A stretch of DNA of 64,000 nucleotides from Solirubrobacterales bacterium (lineage in GTDB: Bacteria > Actinomycetota > Thermoleophilia > Solirubrobacterales > JBBDJG01), in NCBI GenBank assembly GCA_035650255.1, contig DASRIA010000086.1, positions 1,682 to 65,681 of the forward strand. The letters run 5' to 3'. Below the pieces are notes generated by a model. It was not told where the DNA came from. It saw only the letters and a list, made by a program, of their open reading frames with translations, and did no database searches. Position numbers and translations under genes: made by a program. How positions within the stretch are numbered: the first letter of the stretch is position 1; every line of letters begins with the position of its first letter. This document shows, piece by piece, positions 44,765 through 52,848 of this stretch.

Positions 44765-45956
44765 GGACCGGCGCCGGCGAGGCCGCCGGCCGCAGCGAGA
44801 CCAGCACCTCCTCCTCGATCGCCCAGCGAGCGGCCGCGACGACGCGCGGATCGAACTCCGTCCCCGCGCGCGGCACGAGTGCGGCGACCGCCTGGCCGGG
44901 CGAGAGCCCGTGGACGCCCGCGGCCGTCATCGCGGCAAGCTGCTCGGCGACGGCCAGCACGCGGCTCTCGACGGGGATCGCCTCGCCCGCGAGCACGCCC
45001 GGGAATCCTCCCTGCCCGTCCCAGCGCTCGCGGCAGTAGAGCACCGACTGCATCACGCGGTCGAAGTCCTCGATGCGGGTCAGTCGCTTGGCGGGCCCGA
45101 GATGCGTGGCCGCGTCGAGCAGCACGCGCTTCTGATCGGAGTCGAGCTCGAGGCCCTCGCCGATCGCGCGTGCATAGAGCGCGATGGCCGCGTCACGGTC
45201 GAGCTGCGTGGGATCGCGTGACTGCGACAGCCGTGGCACCACGGCGCGCGGAAGCATGACCAGCAGGGCGAGCGGGGCGAGTCCGGCCAGTCCCAGCTCC
45301 TCATACAGGAGCACGGTCACGGTGCCCACCGCCAGCAGCAGCGTCGACGCGGGCGCCAGGTCGGCGAACTCCTGCTCCGCCAGGGCCCTCAGATTGTGCC
45401 CCTCCCACACGACCGAGACGAGGAATGTGGTCACCAGGTAGCTGACGGCCAGCAGCACCGCTCCCGCGAGCGCCACCGCCGGCAGGTCCTGCGCCGCGGG
45501 TTCGAGCGGCACGCCCGACGACAGGGCTTCGAGCGTCCACCCGGCCGCCCAGCACCCCCAGAAGGCCGAGGCCGTGTTGCCCAGGAGCGGCACGACCCTG
45601 CCCCGCTGGACCCAGTCGGCCACCATCGTCAGCGCGTATATGCACGCCGCGGGCAGCGGCCCCAGGAACACGATCGCGATCAGCGCGGCGACGAAGGTCG
45701 CGTCGAGCGTCACCGAGCCGCGCACCTCCACCGCGGCACTGGAGCTCAGGAAGGAGAACACCAGCAGCGCGATCAGCAGCGACTCGGGCTCCCACCGCGA
45801 CTCGGGGGCCGCGAACGCGTATGCGGGCGCCGCCGCTGCGAGCGCGGCGGCGCCGAGGATCAGGGCCAGTCCGCGGCGCTTCCGGTGCACCTCCGGCAGA
45901 GGCTGATCCCCGCCGGGGAGCAGCCACAGCGGTGCGCTGCGCTCCCCCACATTCAC
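44622..45956 (-). CDS. Polytopic membrane protein with a degenerate HD-GYP domain
   Basis: N-terminal half with about 7 TM segments. The C-terminal domain aligns with the canonical paralogue at 47322, but HD is replaced by HL (AATHLGPAK), HHE by CRE (CRERWDGQGGFP; GYP becomes GFP) and VAD by VAE. The last 143 nt overlap the convergent tetR gene. Confidence 0.7.
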   Translation of the reverse strand: MNVGERSAPLWLLPGGDQPLPEVHRKRRGLALILGAAALAAAAPAYAFAAPESRWEPESLLIALLVFSFLSSSAAVEVRGSVTLDATFVAALIAIVFLGPLPAACIYALTMVADWVQRGRVVPLLGNTASAFWGCWAAGWTLEALSSGVPLEPAAQDLPAVALAGAVLLAVSYLVTTFLVSVVWEGHNLRALAEQEFADLAPASTLLLAVGTVTVLLYEELGLAGLAPLALLVMLPRAVVPRLSQSRDPTQLDRDAAIALYARAIGEGLELDSDQKRVLLDAATHLGPAKRLTRIEDFDRVMQSVLYCRERWDGQGGFPGVLAGEAIPVESRVLAVAEQLAAMTAAGVHGLSPGQAVAALVPRAGTEFDPRVVAAARWAIEEEVLVSLRPAASPAPVPNAGWSSNRPAGRIRSTRSPSAGPPARLASRSDSGPTTWLALRRRLR

Positions 45957-45991
45957 ATCCGGAACATAGCCTCCAACAGCGTCCGTGTGGG

Positions 45992-47251
45992 TTACGAAAT
46001 GGGCGCCGCGTCTGCGACCGGGCCCGTGTCACCGGTGGCGGGCTCCGCCTCGGGCTGCCAGTCGGCGCGGCGCAGCAACGGGATCGCGACGGCGAGCACC
46101 GTCAGCGCGCCGATGCCGGCCGTCACGAAGCTTGCGCGCGGGCTCAGGAGCTCTGCGATCACTCCGCCCAGCAGGAACCCGACTCCGGGCATCACGCGGC
46201 CGATGGACTCGAGCAGGCCCACCACGCGCGACTGGAACCGGTTCGCGGTCAGCTCCTGCACGGCGCTCATCAGGGACACCCACTGCACGCCGTTGCCGAT
46301 GCCGCCCAGCGCCGCGGCCGCACATGCGGGCACGATGCTCCCCGCCACCGACATCCCGAGGTACGCGCAGCCGATCAACCCCGTGCTCACGAACAGCTGC
46401 GTCTGCAGGGAGACGCTGCGTGCAGCCGCCACGAACACGAGGCTGCCCACGACCATGCCCGCGCCCCAGGACGACAGCAGCGCGCCGTAACCGGAGTCGC
46501 CCGCGTCGAGCGTCTCCTTCGCGTACACGATCTCGATCGGGAGCACGAGCGTGAAGAAGATGAACGCCGCCGCCTGCATCGACAGGAGGCGCAGCAGCAC
46601 GGCCCGGCTGCGCACGTAGGCGAGGCCTTCCCGCAGGCGGCTGACCCACGGCTCCGCCTCACCGCGCACCTGGGGCAGCGACGTGGTCGCGGCCAGCAGC
46701 GCGGCGACCAGCACGAAGGAGGCCGCGTCGAGCACCAGCGCGGTCTGCACGCCGAGCAGCGCGACGACGACGCCGGCGATCGCCGGTCCCGCGGCGCCCG
46801 CGATCGTGAAGCCGACGTTGATGATCGCGTTGCCCTCGCGCAGCTGGCCGGCAGGGGTCAGCACGGCGGCCGCGGACGCGCGCGTGAAGGTGCGGGCGGC
46901 GATCGCGAGCGTGCCGTCGACCACGGCCAGCGCGATCACGAGCGCCAGCGAGAACGTGTCCGCGGTCGCAGCGAGCGCCAGGAACGCCAGCGCCTCGCCG
47001 AGATAGAGGGCCGGGAGCACGCGCCGGGTCCCGATCACCTCGAGGCGCGCTATCACCCCCTGGCCGATCAGGGACGGCGCGAACACCATTCCGAGGAACA
47101 GCCCGGCTGTCGCGAGCGGGCTGCCGGTCTCGTCGTACACGAGCACGGCCAGCGCGATTTCCCCGATCCAGTTGCCGAGCTCGTTCACGGTGTAGGCCGT
47201 GGCGAGCTGCCGGAACCCGGGCAGGCGAAGCGGGCGGAGCGACTTCCTCAT
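45992..47251 (-). CDS. MFS transporter (EntS/MFS_3-like)
   Basis: FRQLATAYTVNELGNWIGEIALAVLVY... with about 12 TM segments. 419 aa. Confidence 0.85.
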   Translation of the reverse strand: MRKSLRPLRLPGFRQLATAYTVNELGNWIGEIALAVLVYDETGSPLATAGLFLGMVFAPSLIGQGVIARLEVIGTRRVLPALYLGEALAFLALAATADTFSLALVIALAVVDGTLAIAARTFTRASAAAVLTPAGQLREGNAIINVGFTIAGAAGPAIAGVVVALLGVQTALVLDAASFVLVAALLAATTSLPQVRGEAEPWVSRLREGLAYVRSRAVLLRLLSMQAAAFIFFTLVLPIEIVYAKETLDAGDSGYGALLSSWGAGMVVGSLVFVAAARSVSLQTQLFVSTGLIGCAYLGMSVAGSIVPACAAAALGGIGNGVQWVSLMSAVQELTANRFQSRVVGLLESIGRVMPGVGFLLGGVIAELLSPRASFVTAGIGALTVLAVAIPLLRRADWQPEAEPATGDTGPVADAAPIS

Positions 47252-47321
47252 TGCGGCTCTTTCAGGATCCCCTGGTCCAAGGATGTGCCGAAATCCGAGT
47301 GGACGCTAACCGCTCCCGGCG

Positions 47322-48869
47322 ATGTCTGCATTCAGCGGACACTCAAGACAGGAGTCGTGCGGGCCGATACCACGCTTGGCAGGTCTACCCTGGAGGTTCC
47401 CCCTGCACGGACGCCGACGGCCCAGCCCAATCTTCATCGCACTCGAGCTCGGCCTGCTGGCCGGCGCGGGTGTCGTCGCCGTGCTCACCGCTCCGGAGGC
47501 GGACTGGGACATCGCGCTGCTCGCTTCGCTGCTGGTCTTTTCGATCGTCAGCGACATTTCCGCTGCCACCACGTCGGCGGCGAAGATCTCGGGCAGCTTC
47601 CTGTCCCTCGTGCTCGCGATGGTCTTCCTCGGCGGCGCGCCCGCGTCGCTGATCGGGGTCGCCACGATCAGCGTGGGCTGGCTGCGGTGGCACGACTCGC
47701 GCGTGGCGCTGCTGAACAACCTCGTCGCCTACGCGTGGTTCCCCCTGATCGGCGGCCTGGTCTTCACGGAGGTCTCCCAGGCGATGGACCTGGGCCAGCG
47801 CGACGGCTTCTTCTACCTCCTCACCTTCGTGGTGTTCGTGCTGGCGCTGGCGCTGAACTTCCTCATCATCGCGCTGCAGATCCGCTACGAGGAGGGCACC
47901 GGCATCCTGGAGCTGGCGCGCAAGCTGGTGGTCCCGGTGATGTCGTCGGAGGTGTTCGCGGCCCTGCTCGCCGTCGGCGTGACCTACCTCTACAGCCACG
48001 TCGGCCTGGCCTCGATCGTCCTGTTCGGCGCCGTGCTGTTCACCTTCCAGCGCCTGCTGGGACAGCTGCTGTTGTCCGAGCAGCGAGCGGAGGAGCTCGA
48101 GAAGCGCGGGCATCAGCTCACCGAGCGCACGAAGCAGCTCGCCACCCTGCAGGTCGGAATGCTGTCGGCGCTCCTGCGCACGCTCGACCTGCGAGACCGC
48201 ATGACCGCGCGCCACTCGGCCGCCGTCGCCCGTTACGCGCGAGAGATCGCCATTGCGGCCGGGTTCTCGAAAGAGGAGCAGGACCTGGTGCACACGGCCG
48301 GCCTGCTGCACGACATCGGCAAGTTCATCTTCCCCGACCGCATCCTGAAGGGCGACACGAAGCTCACCGACGACGACTGGAAGATCATCAAGATGCACCC
48401 GTATCAGGGCGCGCGCGTGGTCGCGCAGATGGAGGGCTACGGCCCGGTCAGCGACATCATCCTCGCCCATCACGAGCGCATCGACGGCAAGGGTTACCCG
48501 CGCGGCCTGAAGGGCAGCGACATCCCGGCGCTGTCACGCATCATCTCGGTGGCCGACACCTATGACGTCATGACGGCGCGGGACTCCTACCGCACGCCGA
48601 TCTCGTCGTTCGAGGCGATCCAGGAGCTGCGCCGGGTCTCCGGTGCGCAGCTGGACGCGGAGTACGTGGAGATCTTCACCCGGATCCTGGCCGGCAAGGA
48701 CGTCCGCTTCCGCCACGGCGAGGACGCCGACTTCGACGCCGAGCTCGGGCTCGACAAGCGGGTCGCGGACTACTCGCTGCCGGTGGACGAGCTCCACGTC
48801 GACGGGACGCCGTCGGAGGAGTCGGCCGAGCTGGCCCAGAAGACCGACGCGGCCGCCGCCGAGAAGTAG
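47322..48869 (+). CDS. Membrane-anchored HD-GYP domain protein (putative c-di-GMP phosphodiesterase)
   Basis: About 7 TM segments, a coiled linker, then HSAAVARYA...AGLLHDIGK...HHERIDGKGYPRGL...VADTYDVMT (complete HD-GYP signature). The start may be an in-frame TTG downstream of 47322. Confidence 0.85.
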   Translation: MSAFSGHSRQESCGPIPRLAGLPWRFPLHGRRRPSPIFIALELGLLAGAGVVAVLTAPEADWDIALLASLLVFSIVSDISAATTSAAKISGSFLSLVLAMVFLGGAPASLIGVATISVGWLRWHDSRVALLNNLVAYAWFPLIGGLVFTEVSQAMDLGQRDGFFYLLTFVVFVLALALNFLIIALQIRYEEGTGILELARKLVVPVMSSEVFAALLAVGVTYLYSHVGLASIVLFGAVLFTFQRLLGQLLLSEQRAEELEKRGHQLTERTKQLATLQVGMLSALLRTLDLRDRMTARHSAAVARYAREIAIAAGFSKEEQDLVHTAGLLHDIGKFIFPDRILKGDTKLTDDDWKIIKMHPYQGARVVAQMEGYGPVSDIILAHHERIDGKGYPRGLKGSDIPALSRIISVADTYDVMTARDSYRTPISSFEAIQELRRVSGAQLDAEYVEIFTRILAGKDVRFRHGEDADFDAELGLDKRVADYSLPVDELHVDGTPSEESAELAQKTDAAAAEK

Positions 48870-48873
48870 CCGG

Positions 48874-49869
48874 CTAGACGCCCGCCAGTTCCTGCGCCGC
48901 CCGCTCGGGCGGAACGATGTTCACATACTGGCCGGTGCCGAGCTCGAAGCCGGCCAGCCGCGTCAGCCGCGGGACCACGTCGACGTGCCAGTGGAAGTGC
49001 TCCGCGCCACGCGGCGCGGTGCGCACCCACAGGTTCAGCGGCGGCGGCGCTCCGAGCTTCGCGCTCAGCCTCCGGAGGCCCTCGCGCAGCAGGTCGAGCG
49101 CCGCAGGCTCCGACTCCGCGAAGCTCCGCTCGTGGCGGCGCGGCACGAGCTGTAGCTCGTACGGGCCGCGCGAGGCGAACGGCGCCAGCAGCACCGCATG
49201 GTCGTCGACCGCGACCACGCGCTCCCGGCGGCGCACCTCCTCCGTCAGCAGGTCGCACATCAGGCAGCCGCCCATGGTGCGGGAGTTGTGCGCGGTGAAG
49301 TGCTCACGCTCGCGCGCGATCGCCGCCGGCACGCTGTCGAGCGCGTAGAGCTGCGCATGGGAGTGCTCGAGCGATGCGCCGGCAGCGTGACCCTCGTTCA
49401 CCATCAGGTGCACGTAGGCGGCCTCGTGGTGGGCGGCCGACCGCTCGCGCCACCCCTCCATCGCGTGGCGGAACTGGTCTGCGTCCAGCGCGGTCATCGA
49501 GGCGACGTGGTGCGGAGAGTGCACGATCACCTCGTGCGAGCCCGTCGCCTTGCCCGCCAGGAACAGCTCCGGGTCTCCACGCCCCGGGTCGGCGTCGACG
49601 CCGTCACCTGAGGCGGGCTCGAGCAACGGATACTTGTTCGGCACCGCGCGGACCAGCCAGCCCGGCGAGTCCGGCGGGCCGCCGCCGGGGCGCAGGGCGT
49701 AGGTCTCGGGCGGGGTCCAGCTCTCGTGGCCTTCGCACAGCGGGCATTCCTCGCGCGCGGCGTCGTGCGCCTCCGACGACTCGAAGCTGAACGGCCGGTC
49801 CGCACGCGCGGGAGCCAGCACGACGCGCAGACCCGTGAGCGGGTCGATTCGAAGCTCGGGCGCCGGCAT
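48874..49869 (-). CDS. galT: Galactose-1-phosphate uridylyltransferase-family (HIT branch III) nucleotidyltransferase
   Basis: Zn motif CPLCEGHE, NKYPLL, and catalytic SLEHSHAQL (HxHxQ). Confidence 0.85.
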   Translation of the reverse strand: MPAPELRIDPLTGLRVVLAPARADRPFSFESSEAHDAAREECPLCEGHESWTPPETYALRPGGGPPDSPGWLVRAVPNKYPLLEPASGDGVDADPGRGDPELFLAGKATGSHEVIVHSPHHVASMTALDADQFRHAMEGWRERSAAHHEAAYVHLMVNEGHAAGASLEHSHAQLYALDSVPAAIAREREHFTAHNSRTMGGCLMCDLLTEEVRRRERVVAVDDHAVLLAPFASRGPYELQLVPRRHERSFAESEPAALDLLREGLRRLSAKLGAPPPLNLWVRTAPRGAEHFHWHVDVVPRLTRLAGFELGTGQYVNIVPPERAAQELAGV

Positions 49870-50640
49870 CTAGGTCGGGTTGCCCCGTCGTGCGCTTTCC
49901 AGGAAGGGCTTGATCAGGTCGATCGGCAGCGGGAAGATCGTGGTCGAATTGTGCTCCGAGCCGATCTCGAGCAGCGTCTGGAGGTAGCGCAGCTGGATCG
50001 CGGTCGGCTCCTTCCCGATCACCGCCGCCGCCTGTGCCAGCTTGTCGGCCGCCTGGTACTCGCCCTCCGCCGCGATGATCTTTGCCCGTCGCTCCCGCTC
50101 GGCCTCCGCCTGGCGTGCCATTGCGCGCTGCATCGTCTGCGGTATCTCGACGTCCTTGATCTCGACGGTCGTGACCTTGATCCCCCACGGCTCGGTCTGG
50201 TCGTCGATGATCCGCTGCAGCTCGTCGTTCAGGCGGTCGCGCTCCGACAGCAGCGTGTCCAGCTCGGCGCGGCCGAGCACGGCGCGCAGCGTCGTCTGCG
50301 CGATCTGCGAAGTGGCCATCAGGTAGTTCTCGACCTGCACGATCGAATCGCTCGCGTTCACGACGTGGAAGTAACAGACCGCGTTCACGGACGCCGGCAC
50401 GTTGTCGCGGGTGATCACCTCTTGCGGAGGGATGTTGAGCGTGACGGTGCGCAGATCGACGCGCACCATCCTGTCGATGATCGGGATCAGGAAGATCAGC
50501 CCCGGGCCCTTCTGGTCGATCAGCCGCCCGAGCCGGAAGACGACCCCGCGCTCGTACTCCCGCAGCACGCGGATCGCGCTCGCCAGCACGATCACGAGGA
50601 AGAAGACGACGATGCCGACTATGGTCAGGGCGACGGCCAC
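49870..50640 (-). CDS. SPFH/band-7 (stomatin-like) protein
   Basis: N-terminal [15 protein letters not shown]...IFLIPIID...TRDNV...QTTLR...[10 protein letters not shown]. Its stop abuts the galT start (TAGATG). Confidence 0.92.
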   Translation of the reverse strand: MAVALTIVGIVVFFLVIVLASAIRVLREYERGVVFRLGRLIDQKGPGLIFLIPIIDRMVRVDLRTVTLNIPPQEVITRDNVPASVNAVCYFHVVNASDSIVQVENYLMATSQIAQTTLRAVLGRAELDTLLSERDRLNDELQRIIDDQTEPWGIKVTTVEIKDVEIPQTMQRAMARQAEAERERRAKIIAAEGEYQAADKLAQAAAVIGKEPTAIQLRYLQTLLEIGSEHNSTTIFPLPIDLIKPFLESARRGNPT

Positions 50641-50655
50641 GGAGGTGCGCCTAAT

Positions 50656-51954
50656 CTAGCGGGACGGGGACTCGGGGGTAACGGTGAGCGTGAGGCCGTT
50701 CACCTCGTGCACGACGACCGTCTGCCCCGGCTCGAGCGGCTGGTCGCTCGTCACCCGCCACAGCGCGCCTTTCACGAACGCGTGGTCGGCCGAGCGGACC
50801 ACGCCGTGCGCCCCGATCAGCTCCTCCGCGCCCGTATGGACGTCGCGGTGCCGGGTCTGGACCGCCTTGCTCGCGACCCACACGAAGAAGCTGCCGAGCA
50901 GCGCCGCCGTGAAGATCACGATCGGCACCGACACCTCGAACGCGTCGCTGTCGGTGTCGAACAGGAGCAGCCCGCCGAAGGCGAGCGAGACCACCCCGCC
51001 GATCGCGAGCGCTCCGTGGCTGACGATGAAGGCCTCGGCCACGAACAACCCGAACGCGAGCACGATCAGGAGCAGCCCGGCGACGTTGATCGGGAGCTGC
51101 GCAAGCCCGAAGAGGGCCAGGATCAGCGACACGGCGCCGAGCGCTCCGGGCAGGATCATGCCCGGGTTGAAGAGCTCGATCCCGATCAGGATCGCGCCCA
51201 GCGTCAGCAGCAGGAACACGGTCGTCGGGTTGACGAGCAGCTCGAGTGCCTCGAACTTGAAGGGCACGTCGCGCGATTCGACGCGCGCGCCGGTGGTCTC
51301 GAGGCGCTGCGCCTTCGGTCCCTTCACGCGGTAGCCGTCGAGCGCCCGTATCAGGGCCTCCTGGTCCTGCGCCACGATGTCGACCAGCCCGCGGCGCTCG
51401 GCTTCGGTCGCGGTCACGTTGACCGCGTCTTGCACCATGCGCGCGGCCAGGTCGCCGTTGCGGCCGTGGCCTTCGGCGAGCGCGCGCACGTATGCGGCCG
51501 CGTCGTTGCGCACCTTGCGCCCGAGGACTTCGTCCTGCTCGCCGCCGCCGAGCGAGATCGGCGTCGCGGAGCCGATGTTCGTCTCCGGGGCCATCGCCGC
51601 CACGTCCGCCGCCTGGGTGATGAAGAGGCCCGCCGAAGCCGCGCGGGCTCCGTTCGGAGAGACGTAGACCACCACCGGCATCGGCGCGGCGAGGATGTCC
51701 TTCACGATCTCGCGGGTCGAGTCGTCCAGGCCACCCGGCGTGTCGAGCCGGAAGATCACGAGCTCTGCGCCGTCCTGCTCGGCGTCGCCGAGCGCCTCGT
51801 CGACCCACGCCGCAGAAGCCGGATTGATCGTCAGGTCGAGCGCGACGGACTGCACCAGCGGGCCGCCCGCCGCCCCGCCGCCGGTCTGCGCCGCGGCGAG
51901 GCCGGCGAACAGCAGGCAGATGGCCGCGGCAAGTGCGATCGCGCTCCTGCGCAT
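50656..51954 (-). CDS. NfeD-family membrane-bound ClpP-class serine protease
   Basis: Signal peptide, ...LDTPGGL...YVSPNGARAASAGLFI..., a TM block and a C-terminal OB-like tail. This is the classic nfeD-stomatin gene pair. Confidence 0.88.
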   Translation of the reverse strand: MRRSAIALAAAICLLFAGLAAAQTGGGAAGGPLVQSVALDLTINPASAAWVDEALGDAEQDGAELVIFRLDTPGGLDDSTREIVKDILAAPMPVVVYVSPNGARAASAGLFITQAADVAAMAPETNIGSATPISLGGGEQDEVLGRKVRNDAAAYVRALAEGHGRNGDLAARMVQDAVNVTATEAERRGLVDIVAQDQEALIRALDGYRVKGPKAQRLETTGARVESRDVPFKFEALELLVNPTTVFLLLTLGAILIGIELFNPGMILPGALGAVSLILALFGLAQLPINVAGLLLIVLAFGLFVAEAFIVSHGALAIGGVVSLAFGGLLLFDTDSDAFEVSVPIVIFTAALLGSFFVWVASKAVQTRHRDVHTGAEELIGAHGVVRSADHAFVKGALWRVTSDQPLEPGQTVVVHEVNGLTLTVTPESPSR

Positions 51955-51964
51955 GACATGCGGA

Positions 51965-52555
51965 TTATCCTCCTGCGCCCTTGCGGGCGGCTGCGATGGC
52001 GTACTCGCGCACGTCGTCCGCCAGCGCCGCCTCAGAGGCGTAACCGCCGGGCTTCGTGTAGATCTGCTCGCCGCGACGGTCGTAGAACGTCGTGATGGGG
52101 AAGTTGCGCTCCAGCCCCAGCACCTTCGCGATCTCGCTGTCGGGGTCCAGGAAGCTGGGGTACGGGAGCGGGATCTCCTCCAGGAACTTCTCCGCCGGCT
52201 CGCGCGCGTCCTCGGAGTTCACGGCCAGAAACGCCACCTGCTTACCGCGCTTCATGACCTGCCGCTGGAAGAACGGGAACTCGTGCCGGCAGGGCCCGCA
52301 CCACGAGGCCCACTTGTTCACCACGACCGGATAGCCGCGGAGGTCAGCGAGCTGACGGCGAAACGCCTCCGGGCCGCCGCCCACGAGCGCTCCGGGCCGG
52401 CGGTAGAGCCGGGCGAGCGGAGCCGGGGCTCCGGCCAGCGCGCGCTCGAAGTCTGCCTGGGTCGCGGCGCTGCGCGGCTCGTCCGATCCACAGCTTCCGG
52501 CGAGCGCCACCAGCGCGATCGCACAGACGAGCGTCACTGTGGGTCGTGTCTTCAA
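51965..52555 (-). CDS. TlpA/ResA/CcmG-like thiol-disulfide oxidoreductase lipoprotein
   Basis: Internal TTG 52555 gives (M)KTRPTVTLVCAIALVALAGSCG (lipobox) followed by the thioredoxin-fold motif NKWASWCGPCRHEFP. Confidence 0.8.
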   Translation of the reverse strand: MKTRPTVTLVCAIALVALAGSCGSDEPRSAATQADFERALAGAPAPLARLYRRPGALVGGGPEAFRRQLADLRGYPVVVNKWASWCGPCRHEFPFFQRQVMKRGKQVAFLAVNSEDAREPAEKFLEEIPLPYPSFLDPDSEIAKVLGLERNFPITTFYDRRGEQIYTKPGGYASEAALADDVREYAIAAARKGAGG

Positions 52556-52848
52556 AGTCGAGGGACGGCTCGCGGGCGGTGCATGTGCACGGGAGCGCCC
52601 AGCCTGCCTGGGAGCCGAAAATAGCGCACCCACGGCGCCGCGGCGCCGAGGCGGGGCGGTCATCCGGCGCCGGCACTGCTTTAATACACGTGTACCGTGC
52701 CTGCGGGTGGGGAGACCCGGGATCGGGTTGCTCATTGCAGGCCATGGAGGACTGCCGTCGGGATCAGTACTCGGCGACGGCAACAGGGACGAGCGTTGCA
52801 GCCGCCGTCGATCGTGTGGCGGCCTCCAGTAATCCGACAAGCCTCGAT

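Noticed and set aside
45821-48565. 914-aa + ORF spanning the MFS and HD-GYP loci
   Set aside because: The translation is Arg/His/Gly/Asp-rich and featureless. It is antisense to the well-formed MFS gene and out of frame with the HD-GYP gene, so it is a typical high-GC shadow ORF.
49726-52095. 789-aa + ORF antisense to the galT / SPFH / NfeD genes
   Set aside because: The minus-strand frames carry unambiguous SPFH, NfeD and GalT motifs. This frame is low-complexity (R/D/H/L).
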